A stretch of DNA of 64,000 nt from Sporopachydermia quercuum (lineage: Eukaryota). A model generated the notes under the pieces. The model searched no databases and was not told the DNA's origin. It saw only the letters and a list, made by a program, of their open reading frames with translations. Of the stretch, positions 9,773 through 19,804 are shown one piece after another (the stretch's first letter is position 1; each line of letters opens with the position of its first letter). Location: positions 1,054,001-1,118,000 of the forward strand of contig BCGN01000003.1 in assembly GCA_001599295.1 (NCBI GenBank). The letters run 5' to 3'. Both the position numbers and the translations under genes were made by a program.

Positions 9773-11770
9773 ATGAGTGATTCTTCAAGAATAGGATTTT
9801 TGCCAAAATTTGGTAAATTTTTTGGCTCGAAATCAGAAAACGTTTTGCAGAAAGCTGGTTTGGTGGAAAAACCACCGGTTGCTGATCTTCAGAAAGCAGT
9901 GAATCCCCAACTAATTAAACTATGGCTAAAGGTTGATAAACTAATAGAGAAGTATGAACTTGATTTAAGATATAACAAAATATCAAGCATAATTACAACT
10001 AAATATAANCAGCTTGACGATAAATTCAAAATCCAAGACACTGGAAAAGAATATTACAATTATAGTGCTGATAAGTATCATTGGCTTAGACAGAACTATG
10101 ACTGTGAGACTGTGAGAGTATGGCTTAACAATAAGCTAGATCACTTAGGAGAAGTATATGATGAGAAAACAACAAAGTTGTATGAATATATATATTCGCT
10201 GGGACCTAATTCTGTTTTGATAACTTACGGATTGATCCTTATTGTTGCTGTATTCACATTATATTTAGGATGTGTTTCAACAATTAGAAAGCCAAAGAGT
10301 GCATTAGAACCTGATAGAAAATCTGAGATGTTTCATCCGTGCGATTTAGAGATCAGTTCTGAAGGTGAACAAATCTCAGAAAAAGGAGCTGCCATGATGC
10401 CAGTCACTGGCGGTGTAACACTCCTTGGCTTTTATGTACTTGTCAAGAAATATTCTATTGAAAAGCTCTTGGAGTATTTGAAATACTATACAATGATTGT
10501 TGGAGTATTTGNTATTATCCAAACAATTTCTACATTTTTCAAAGCAACAGCGCGAGTATTATTTAATAGTTATCCAGAATATTATCAGATCGTTTTTGCA
10601 AGGGATCCTAACTTCCGGCCATTTGGAGTATTGGAGAAAGAGGACGAAAAGGAGAAGAGTGAGAAAGAGAAGAAGGAAAAGCAAAAGAAGAAGTCTACTA
10701 GTAACTCCGAATTGAAATATGATGTGAAAGCCGAGGATCAATTCTTGGGTATCTTCTATTCCACGACTGATCTTTATGCCTGCGTCATTGGTGTGGTTAT
10801 CATGTATTTATACTACCATTGCGAAAGCAGCTGGATTCTTACTAATATCGTTGGAATCAGCTTTGCATTCTTTGGTATCAAGAACGTTACTCTGAGTACA
10901 TTTAANGCGGGTTTTATTATGCTAGGAGGTTTATTCGCTTATGATATATTCTTTGTTTTCGGTACTGATGTCATGGTTACCGTTGCGACAAAGGTTGACA
11001 TTCCTGCTAAGGTATTAATACCAAGGTTTGGTGGTGAAACTCCAGATATNAAGACTGCCATACCTACAGCCATGCTTGGATTAGGTGATATTGTTGTCCC
11101 TGCTATTTTCCTGTCTCTCTGTTTGAGGTTCGATGTTTTCAACTATTATGAATCATTACCTAAGAAAGAACCATTCCATTTGGCTCGTAAATTCTCCAAA
11201 CCATATTTTACAACTGGATTAGCTTTCTACGCTCTTTCTTTGGCCGTCACAATGGGTGTAATGCATTTCTATCAACATGCTCAGCCAGCACTGCTTTACA
11301 TTTGCCCTGCCTTGACTTTATCTACCGTTTTAGTAGCTATCATCAGAGGAGAAGTGAGAAAACTTTGGGGTTTTACAGAAGAGGAGGACGAAGAAGAGGA
11401 AGAGGAAGAAGAAGAAAATTCTAAAGATGAAAAGATTGAAGCTGCAAAGAAGGATGATAAGGGTAAAGAAAGTGATAAAACCCTGGTGAAAAGCAACCGT
11501 AAAAGTGAAGAAAGTGATAAAAACCTTGTGAAAAGCAACAGCAAGGGTAAAGAAAATGATAAGACGTCAGTGAAAAGCAATAGTGAGTCCAAAAAATCTA
11601 CGCCTGTAAGGAAAAATGTACTGATTAAGGAATCAAGAGACAACAAGCCAGCAAATGGTTCAAGTTCTTCTGCCAATACTCCTAAGAAACCGGCTAATGG
11701 TAATATCTCTCGTTCATCAACACCTTCAAGCCTAAAGAAGAAGTCTAGTAAGACCACCAAAAAACAGTAA
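9773..11770 (+). CDS. YPF1: Signal peptide peptidase family intramembrane aspartyl protease (Ypf1-like)
   Basis: YD (GGLFAYDIFFVFGT), GLGD and QPALLY motifs; multiple TM segments; acidic then Lys/Ser-rich tail. Confidence 0.9.
   Translation: MSDSSRIGFLPKFGKFFGSKSENVLQKAGLVEKPPVADLQKAVNPQLIKLWLKVDKLIEKYELDLRYNKISSIITTKYXQLDDKFKIQDTGKEYYNYSADKYHWLRQNYDCETVRVWLNNKLDHLGEVYDEKTTKLYEYIYSLGPNSVLITYGLILIVAVFTLYLGCVSTIRKPKSALEPDRKSEMFHPCDLEISSEGEQISEKGAAMMPVTGGVTLLGFYVLVKKYSIEKLLEYLKYYTMIVGVFXIIQTISTFFKATARVLFNSYPEYYQIVFARDPNFRPFGVLEKEDEKEKSEKEKKEKQKKKSTSNSELKYDVKAEDQFLGIFYSTTDLYACVIGVVIMYLYYHCESSWILTNIVGISFAFFGIKNVTLSTFXAGFIMLGGLFAYDIFFVFGTDVMVTVATKVDIPAKVLIPRFGGETPDXKTAIPTAMLGLGDIVVPAIFLSLCLRFDVFNYYESLPKKEPFHLARKFSKPYFTTGLAFYALSLAVTMGVMHFYQHAQPALLYICPALTLSTVLVAIIRGEVRKLWGFTEEEDEEEEEEEEENSKDEKIEAAKKDDKGKESDKTLVKSNRKSEESDKNLVKSNSKGKENDKTSVKSNSESKKSTPVRKNVLIKESRDNKPANGSSSSANTPKKPANGNISRSSTPSSLKKKSSKTTKKQ
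11459..11581 (+). repeat. Three imperfect 42-nt coding tandem repeats (KGKESDKTLVKSN-like) in the Ypf1 tail
   Basis: KGKESDKTLVKSN / RKSEESDKNLVKSN / SKGKENDKTSVKSN, also visible at nucleotide level. Confidence 0.8.
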
Positions 11771-11890
11771 TAATCTTGTAATTGTAATCATGAAGTACTA
11801 AGAATAACATCGTGTATAGATTTTTTAATAGAACTTGATTTGATATATATATGCAACACATATTATTTGTATATTGCATGCTATGAATGG

Positions 11891-12379
11891 TCATATTTCT
11901 TTTATAAGAATTATAGCATTTGGTGGTGATATCTGGGGGTAATTATTGTAGTATCCTTCTATAATTGGTCCAACCTGCCTGAATCCTCTTGCTTTATACC
12001 ATTCAATTGCTTCCTCGTTACCTGTCCAAACATGTAATCCCACATTTTTAGCAAACATTTCTTTAGCCTTTTCTATTATATATTCGAGAAGCATAGTACC
12101 AATTCCATACCTTCTATAAGGTGCCAATACAGCCAGCGACATTATATACAACCCATTCGGTATAGGTAATTTTCCATCGCTATTAACGAAACATCTAATA
12201 GCACCTACTGGCACTTCGTTGAAATAGGCTATTCTAGCAAGTTCAGCATGAGCTAATGCATCTTTATACCAGTTATCATTATATCTTGCTGGAAGAACAA
12301 CGGTATTGATCTGTTTGAATTGTCCGACATTATTTGGGGTCAAATCGTCAATTCTAATCACTGGTTTTTTTCTTGCCAT
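11891..12379 (-). CDS. NAT5: N-terminal acetyltransferase Naa50 (NatE subunit), GNAT fold
   Basis: IDDLTPNNVGQFKQIN...LPARY, VGAIRC, LYIMSLAVLAPYRRYGIG, LHVW...WY...GF...YY. Confidence 0.9.
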   Translation of the reverse strand: MARKKPVIRIDDLTPNNVGQFKQINTVVLPARYNDNWYKDALAHAELARIAYFNEVPVGAIRCFVNSDGKLPIPNGLYIMSLAVLAPYRRYGIGTMLLEYIIEKAKEMFAKNVGLHVWTGNEEAIEWYKARGFRQVGPIIEGYYNNYPQISPPNAIILIKEI

Positions 12380-13203
12380 TATAGAAGAGATAGACTCTTT
12401 GGCGGCTAATGATTATCTGATAGTTTTTATCCTAGATTATCACTTGAATTGACAAACCAGGAAGGCCTGCTCCGATGCCGAGTTTCTACAAGTTGTTACA
12501 GGTTTTTATGATTGTTGTGCGNTCTATTACTTTATAGCATTATTATTACTATAATCAATGGTATTGTATTATATCAGTATTCAATAGTAACCTATTACAA
12601 GAAGCTTAGCACCACTTTACGCATATTGAAGGGAACATCTAAGAAATGTAATAGGTAAATCGGAGACTGAAAATTCGGAGATGATAGCAATTGTTCGGTA
12701 GAGGAGGAGTTTACAATGAACAATGTAATACATTATTATGGAACTTTGAGTTCAGTTCAATTTGCCTAGGAATATAGCTAGAAAGCGGGTAATACCGAAA
12801 AATGAAGAATCGTAATATATATAATCACACAGCTTGGCTATTCAAAACATTGTAATCACTTAAGAAAATAAGAACCATTCAGTGGGCACAAGGAATATTT
12901 AATTCGTATTATAGATTACCTTTAAAAGCTTTACGGTGTAACAACCAGCTATACATTACTTATAACTAAACCCACGTGACACATTGGCATTTTACATTTA
13001 TCTATATTTCTATTTGTACCTTTTATATATATACTATTTATTTCGCTGATTATTTACTCTCATTCTTCTCTTTCTAATTAATAATAAGAAGAAGGAGAAG
13101 AAGGGAAAAGAGTAAGAATTCTAATATAATTCTTCATTATTTCTTAAAATTCATTTTATTTTACTGAATGATATATGATCAGACAGGAACATACGGCCAA
13201 GTG

Positions 13204-13291
13204 TCGGCAATAGTTTAGTGGCTAGAATTTCCGCCTGTCAGAACACTTGTTCAGCGCGCGGGGGACCGGGGTTCAATTCCCCGTTGCCGAG
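13204..13291 (+). tRNA. tRNA-Asp(GTC) with a 16-nt intron (13241-13256)
   Basis: Acceptor stem TCGGCAA/TTGCCGA plus discriminator G; D arm GTTT..GAAT; anticodon stem TCCGC/GCGGG with GTC at 13237-13239; T arm CGGGG-TTCAATT-CCCCG; intron after position 37. Confidence 0.93.
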
Positions 13292-13294
13292 TCC

Positions 13295-13300
13295 TTTTTT
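13295..13300 (+). terminator. RNA Pol III terminator (T6), followed by further T-tracts
   Basis: TTTTTT starts 3 nt after the tRNA 3' end. Confidence 0.8.
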
Positions 13301-14952
13301 CCTCTTTTTATCCCTCTTTTTATTCCGCTTTTCATTCCTCTTTTTGTAGTTTTATTGTCCTGAATTATTGATGATAAAACGAGTCATCATCATTCAATTA
13401 GATTTACTATTACTATCATTACAAATGTATCTATTCTCTCCTTATATCACTGAACTTCAGTTGAAATTTAGGGTAACAAGCAGCATGTGTCTAAACCGAG
13501 GTATCAATGTTCAACCACCAAGACATCTTACAGATTACACACAAGACTTCCCTATTAGTAGTACCGTCGAACCATGAGAACCCTTTTATTTACTATTTAC
13601 TGGTTTAACTGTTTATTTCTACCTAAACTTGAATTTGGTAACCAAATGAAAGTGAGGTTGATCCTCGTTCTTACTAGTAGCATTATGCTACCTAACTCCC
13701 GTACATAACTTCGGTTCCATACAAAATTTTAGTTTTTGTCATGCAATTTTGATCCATTAAACTTTACTGATTTCTTTCATCAGCAATATTTCCATTCGCG
13801 CGGTTAACAACACTATTGTCCTGACTCATTCTTGATTAGCACTTCTTCGATGCGCATCTGGTGGTGCGGAGTTCTATTGTTTCTGTTTATGGTTTATAAA
13901 ATTTCAGTGAGGATTGGCAAAACTTAAGGTTAAGCTTACTTCTAACTAACAACTTCAATAATGTGTTTTAAACTTTAACTCCATTCAGCTGATTCGTGTA
14001 ATAAACTTATATTGATATATTGAATGAATTTGAGAGTGATCAGATTAATTTGTTGAATATTATTTTTTTAGATCTTATATTAGATAGAAAGAAAATTTTA
14101 TTTAGTAGTTTGTTTTCAAAGTTGTTTTCTTACTGAAAATGCTTATTAAAATACTCACAATTCTCCGAAGAAGAAATAGACTTTCAGCTAGTCAAATATA
14201 GTTAGATCACTAGTCTTCCTATTATAGTATAACCTTACCTGTTTGGCAAACGAATCTAATAACCTTAACTTTATTTCCTTGGTTTCATTCTTCCTCTAAC
14301 TGGCCGCCAGCCTATTACTTCCTTATTTCTTCTCTTCTTTACATACTAACTTGCAATAAGTGAAGGCTTTCGAGAGGAAGACAAGAAGCTGGGAAGCTGA
14401 GAAATCAAAAAGTCAATAGAGGTTATTATTACTTTATTAACGGATATTTTACTGACTCAAGGACCACATATTTCTCGAATGCTACCCTAGGTCGATTGAA
14501 CTTTTTATTTTAGGTGGTATCAGGTCAGCCTTGCGGAATTACAAGATGATATATTTGCGTGGTGGGAGGAGAGAATATAATAAGAAAAAGGAATTAAACT
14601 ATTGGAACAAATAGATAGTAAGTAAGTGATCTTGTCTAGAAGTGAGAAGTTGGATTTTGTTATTTGTTTATTCGGTTGCCTGGTGTAATAGTGTATTAAC
14701 TGGAGGAAGTAAAATAACACCGAAGACACGACAGAAGAGAAGAGCTTGTAGATTTTGGTGTAGTAGAGTGAGTCATAAATAATACTATAAGAAAAAGAAA
14801 CTAAATCATTATCACTGTTTAGGCTGGTGTATCCTGGTGGAAGAGCAATATCCAAACAGCTTCCCAGTATTACTGATCTCATCAACCTCGTTATAAAGCA
14901 TATATAATTAGCAGAAACAGAGGAAAGTTGAGGATCTCGAACATAACATAAA

Positions 14953-16830
14953 ATGGCTTCTCAATCAAATTCGATAACTCCTGAAAGCAGCCGCTCATCC
15001 TACCAAAATGAGAATGCTTCTGCTGAATATGAACCTAGAGAACTAGTTCAAGGTGATCTAGGCAATGCTGCTACTCCGTTACCCAATGATTCAAGCAACA
15101 GAAGCACTAGAGTGAGAAGCAAATCAAACGTTTCTATCTTCTCTATACAATCTGTTCCAAGAATGCATAGAAGGGGCATATTCGGCTCGTTGGCTATACT
15201 ACCAGAATTTAATGAACCAAGAGATTACCCTCCGAATATCAAATGGATAATAGTTATGATTGTTGCGGCAGGAGCCATGATTGCTCCTATGGGCACATCT
15301 ATTATTTTTCCAGCTATATCAGAATTATCGGAAGATTTTGAAGTTGGATCTTCCACTGTGAATATATCAGTGGGTGTTTACTTATTAGCAATGGGCATTT
15401 TCCCGCTGTGGTGGTCATCGTTTTCAGAAACATTTGGCAGGAGATCAATTTATCTTTTATCCTTCTCAATGTACGTTGCATTTACTATTGGTTGTGCATT
15501 GAGTAAATCAATCGGAATGTTTATTGGTTTCAGATTACTAGCTGGAGGATCTGCCGCTTCAGTTCAAGCTGTTGGGGCAGGAACTATTGGCGATATTTAT
15601 ATTCCTACTGAACGTGGGTCGGCCATGGGTTGGTACTATTTGGGGCCTTTGATGGGACCTTTGCTAGCGCCAATAATTGGTGGGCTGCTTACTACCAGAT
15701 GGGACTGGAGAGCAACACAATGGTTTTTAGTGATTTTGGGTGCCGTTATATTAGCTTTAATTTTTTCTGCTTTGCCAGAAACATTGAGACGTGCTGATAT
15801 GGATGCCTCAGCGAATAATACTACTGACCGCTCAAGAGGAACAAGACCAGGCCCAGAGACATTGAGAAACAGCGAACCTCAGGATAAATCTAGGGATGAC
15901 TTAGCTGAAATTGAAACCGGTGGTGAACTTGATGGAGATTTATTAACACCTTATGAAGTTGAGAAACCTCTGGCTGATCCTAGTATTCCTATTCTAACTA
16001 AAGTGCCTTCGATTCGCCGAGTTCCAACTATCCACTCTATTAATCGAAATAGAGGAGACTCTAATGTTCATGAAAGCCAGTTTAGCAAAAAAATAAATCG
16101 AATTAAAAAAGTGCAACTTCCTTCTAGAGCCACAGCTTGGGAACAGTTTTACTTTTATTTCATTAGACCCACTGAAAGCTTGAAGTTTCTAAGGTATCCT
16201 CCTGTGATGTTGTCTATTTGGTACTCGGCTGTTGTGTTCTTTATCTTATATTTCAACAATATCTCTGTGGAACACGCTTTTTCAAAAGAGCCGTATGACT
16301 TTAACTCAACTATCATTGGTCTGATGTATATTCCTAATTCTGTTGGTTACATACTATCATCAATTATTGGTGGTAGATGGTCCGATTATATAGTAGTTCG
16401 TCAGAAAAAGAAAAATAATGGTGTTTTGATTCCTGAAGAAAGAATAGCAGAAAATGTTTTCCTTGCTGCTATTTTGATTCCAATCTCTCTTCTAATTTTT
16501 GGTTGGACTCTTAATTATAAAGTGCATTGGGTCTTCCCATTGATAGGAACATTCTTATTTGGTATTGGTTCTATGATAGTGTTCGGTGCTACTATGACTT
16601 ATCTTGTTGATACATTACCAGGAAGAGGAGCAAGTGGAGTTGCTGTGAATAATTTTTGGAGAATGATATTTGCAGCTATAGCTACTTTTGTTACTGATCC
16701 TGCTATTAAGGGATTCCATGGTATTGGCTGGGTGTATACATTTTTGACTGGTCTTAGCATATTGTCTATATTAGCCTTGTGGGCTATCAAGAGATGGGGT
16801 CCTTATTGGAGAGATACAGTTTCTATATAA
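14953..16830 (+). CDS. QDR3: DHA1-family MFS multidrug/H+ antiporter, Qdr3-like
   Basis: PRDYPP...PMGTSIIFPAI...VNISVGVYLL..GIFPLWWSS..GRR, WRATQWFL and LPETLR, as recalled for Qdr3; about 12 TM segments. Confidence 0.85.
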   Translation: MASQSNSITPESSRSSYQNENASAEYEPRELVQGDLGNAATPLPNDSSNRSTRVRSKSNVSIFSIQSVPRMHRRGIFGSLAILPEFNEPRDYPPNIKWIIVMIVAAGAMIAPMGTSIIFPAISELSEDFEVGSSTVNISVGVYLLAMGIFPLWWSSFSETFGRRSIYLLSFSMYVAFTIGCALSKSIGMFIGFRLLAGGSAASVQAVGAGTIGDIYIPTERGSAMGWYYLGPLMGPLLAPIIGGLLTTRWDWRATQWFLVILGAVILALIFSALPETLRRADMDASANNTTDRSRGTRPGPETLRNSEPQDKSRDDLAEIETGGELDGDLLTPYEVEKPLADPSIPILTKVPSIRRVPTIHSINRNRGDSNVHESQFSKKINRIKKVQLPSRATAWEQFYFYFIRPTESLKFLRYPPVMLSIWYSAVVFFILYFNNISVEHAFSKEPYDFNSTIIGLMYIPNSVGYILSSIIGGRWSDYIVVRQKKKNNGVLIPEERIAENVFLAAILIPISLLIFGWTLNYKVHWVFPLIGTFLFGIGSMIVFGATMTYLVDTLPGRGASGVAVNNFWRMIFAAIATFVTDPAIKGFHGIGWVYTFLTGLSILSILALWAIKRWGPYWRDTVSI

Positions 16831-17003
16831 TAGAGAAGAAATATTTTGGAGGTATAGTGGGCATTTTTGTATTTATAATAAATAGTATAGTTTTGGTATG
16901 GTGATATCACGCTGTACATCGAGTCCCGCGATATTGCATGGTGGTTTCTGGGTCAGAGCTAGAAGAAACCAAATAGGTAAAANAATTGANCTTACGATGG
17001 ATT

Positions 17004-17099
17004 TGAAACATTCATTAGGGGGGTTTGTTTGATTCTTGTTGTAATTATGAAACTGGATAGAACAGTGTATGAAACAATCTTGGCGGGGAGCTTGAAACT
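17004..17099 (+). promoter_or_regulatory. Cluster of Ste12-type pheromone response elements
   Basis: TGAAACA at 17004 and 17070, TGAAACT at 17048 and 17093 (another at 17575), upstream of a FIG1-like gene. Confidence 0.55.
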
Positions 17100-17811
17100 G
17101 CTTCCTCTCGAGACTTCATTTAAAATTTTGTACCTGCATTGACTCTGCATTATTATAAACTATATTTCAAAGAAAACAAAACTGTATCATTATAAAAGGC
17201 ACTATCTTCCTTTCTATGCTCCAGAGACTTTTAAGATTGATTTTGACCAATAATACAATATAATCATGTGCTATTAGTGTCAGTATTTACTTCCTTGAAT
17301 ACAGATTATTCTCATAGGGTGAGCTGCATTCACTTTCTTGCTAAGCTCAAGTTGAACTTTATTTTCTAACTAGGATGAACCTAATGCATAAAGTTTCGGG
17401 TTAGGATGTGATAGAAAAGTTTCAGAGTGGATTAGCAATGATCAAACAGAGAAGAAATAACTGCTAAGTAAATGAGTTATACTCGTATTTCTTTTTCCAT
17501 TTCTATTTATATTTAATATACTGTTTTCATATAACATAAATATGATCAATCTAAATACTAGTACTAAACTTAGTTGAAACTAGATCGCTGGTAGCAACTT
17601 TCATCATGGAATGATATAAAGGGACAATCATCTTCCCTTCTAATTCCTACTGATTCCTAATCACAATTCTTTTGATGTATTTATGATTTCAACCCTTTGC
17701 AATTAAAATAAGCAACAAAAATCCACTTAAAAAATCAGAGCAACAATAGTTCAATGCCAGATTTTGATCGTCAAGATTTAGTTAAACAAAGTATTTCAAT
17801 AGAAGAAAAGA

Positions 17812-18585
17812 ATGTTTGGAAAATTCGTCCTAACCCGCCTTTTAACATCATTCACATTCCCATGTCTTATTGTTACGCTTTTTCTCCTGATATTTCTTCT
17901 TCTGGGAAGTACAGCACCAGGAGGAGCATACTCAGATATTTTCTTTGTCAGTTTTAAGTTCAACCAAAACTCAACTCTTTATCCTTCAATAGAAAAGTCA
18001 TATGAGGCATACAATATTACAGACCTAGAAGACTTAGAAGTCAGAGCTGGGTACTTAGGCCTTTGCCTTGTAACCAACGATATGGTCCAATGTTCATCAA
18101 CAAACAATGCTCACAGAAATCTNAAAAACCTACCAGCGGTAAGCATATTTTCCAAGTCGAATGATCTTGCTTCCGTAGATTTGGTGTCAATGGGAGTCTT
18201 GTTCTCAAAGGAAGCAGTGACACCTAATCTGTTGATTGCCGTTTTGGTGGGAGTATCATTGACTTTTATGTCTTCCATTTATTGTTCCTGCTCCCTTTTA
18301 CCTGGTAACACTAAGATGTTGAAAGTGAGGGTGATTCTAGCTTTACTGACAGCATTTCTATGGGGTCTCGGTTCACTCTGGAACAAGATCGCTAGTGATC
18401 TTACTGAAGATGTTGTTCCGCCTGCAAGTTTGCAAATCGTTCAGACCTCCACAGGAAACAGAGCTGAAGTTTTGGCATGGCTCAGTTTTGCTTTCCTTTG
18501 TTATGTATTTATTTCTTCTGTGTTTGCTTTGATCAAGCATCTCAAGATGAAAACTGAACTTCAGGATCCGGAGTTAAAGGTATGA
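17812..18585 (+). CDS. FIG1: Fig1-like claudin-family mating/Ca2+ influx membrane protein
   Basis: Four TM segments, extracellular VRAGYLGLC...C motif, GNRAEVLAWLSF before TM4. Confidence 0.75.
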   Translation: MFGKFVLTRLLTSFTFPCLIVTLFLLIFLLLGSTAPGGAYSDIFFVSFKFNQNSTLYPSIEKSYEAYNITDLEDLEVRAGYLGLCLVTNDMVQCSSTNNAHRNXKNLPAVSIFSKSNDLASVDLVSMGVLFSKEAVTPNLLIAVLVGVSLTFMSSIYCSCSLLPGNTKMLKVRVILALLTAFLWGLGSLWNKIASDLTEDVVPPASLQIVQTSTGNRAEVLAWLSFAFLCYVFISSVFALIKHLKMKTELQDPELKV

Positions 18586-19102
18586 GAGGATGGTATGATC
18601 TGTGGTTTTTCCGGCCCTGCAAATCGACTTAGTATATTTTTACGTGCTTAAGTGAAAGACACCATAGTATTATCCTATTAGTTACTTAAATAAATTGCAT
18701 TATTAATATTAAACTCATTTGCCTTGTCATTGTTAATAGGATTGGAGCCCCACAAATGCTGCTAACCTTTATACAATTGCATGCACCAATATGCAGATAT
18801 TACTCTATTGCATAATCAGGCATCTAGCCAGGAAATCTCGGAAATGATGACTACCTGTTAACTAATTCAACCAATACTCTCCCACATACTTTGAAACTGA
18901 TTAGTAAGTTCATTAAAGCACTATTTAGAAGAAAACTCATTGTTTGACCAAAAAGCACTCATTATGCTTTCGTCCAGGTTAGTCTTCTCTCTCCCCTCCA
19001 ATATATCTTTCCATCCCTACGGTATGATTCTGCTCATCATCTCGCAATTCCACCTCTAATTGAAATCACGTAATCATTAAATCATGACCCCAACTTAGGA
19101 AG

Positions 19103-19149
19103 TTACCCGGGTCCGGCTCATCCACTATCGAATTACACTTTTTCTAGAA
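19103..19149. promoter_or_regulatory. Reb1-like site plus partial heat-shock element upstream of MDJ1
   Basis: TTACCCGG at 19103-19110; TTCTAGAA (nTTCnnGAAn) at 19142-19149. Confidence 0.4.
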
Positions 19150-19804
19150 AAATTTCACACCGAAAGCGGCGTTGGATTATCACAGATATTCACACACACT
19201 TCAAGTCTCTTATTCATTATTACGCCCTATGTGCGTTATTAGCTATCTCTTCATACCAAATACTTGTATTCTTACCTAATGTGTTGTTATATAAGTCTCC
19301 ATAGTATTCCTTCAGGCTGATTTGGTATTCTTATTTCTTATTAAGAGTAAATCTTCTTTGAGTAAATCTTGAGCAAATACTTACTACCTATCTGCCCTCC
19401 TCTCGTGTTATTATGGGATTTGAAAGGCAAACTGTACTGATTGATACTGAGTGAGAATAGTTGAATACAATTACAGGAAGCTACAATACTGTTTAAACGT
19501 CAGGGAAATAGTAGTAGTGTTTATGCGAAGGTGCTTACTTGTTCTGTAACTGAATATAAGAAAGACTATTACAGGTTAGTCATTTTAAAGAAATATATAG
19601 ANAGTGATAGGTGTTTCTGATAGGTATTGTTGCAACTACAGTGACTTCAGTTATTTGCTATTCTTGATCACACACTTTGAATATTAAGGATTTGTTATTA
19701 CCTTCCGCTGTTGTTATTCGTACATATTCAACAAGCAATCGTTCAGCATCTGCATTTATTCTGTTTGGTCTGTTTGTACTGTTTATACTGTTAATTTACC
19801 GACG

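Noticed and set aside
9623..9777. YPF1 5' intron (GTAAGC/GTATGT ... TACTAAT)
   Set aside because: No YAG acceptor at a suitable distance before the ATG.
13369..13453. TGATGA...CTGA pair as another C/D snoRNA (a similar pair lies near 33565-33618)
   Set aside because: No recognisable rRNA or snRNA guide and no terminal stem.
14344..14360. TACTAAC...AAG upstream of QDR3 as a leader-intron end
   Set aside because: No convincing GTATGT or GTAAGT donor upstream.
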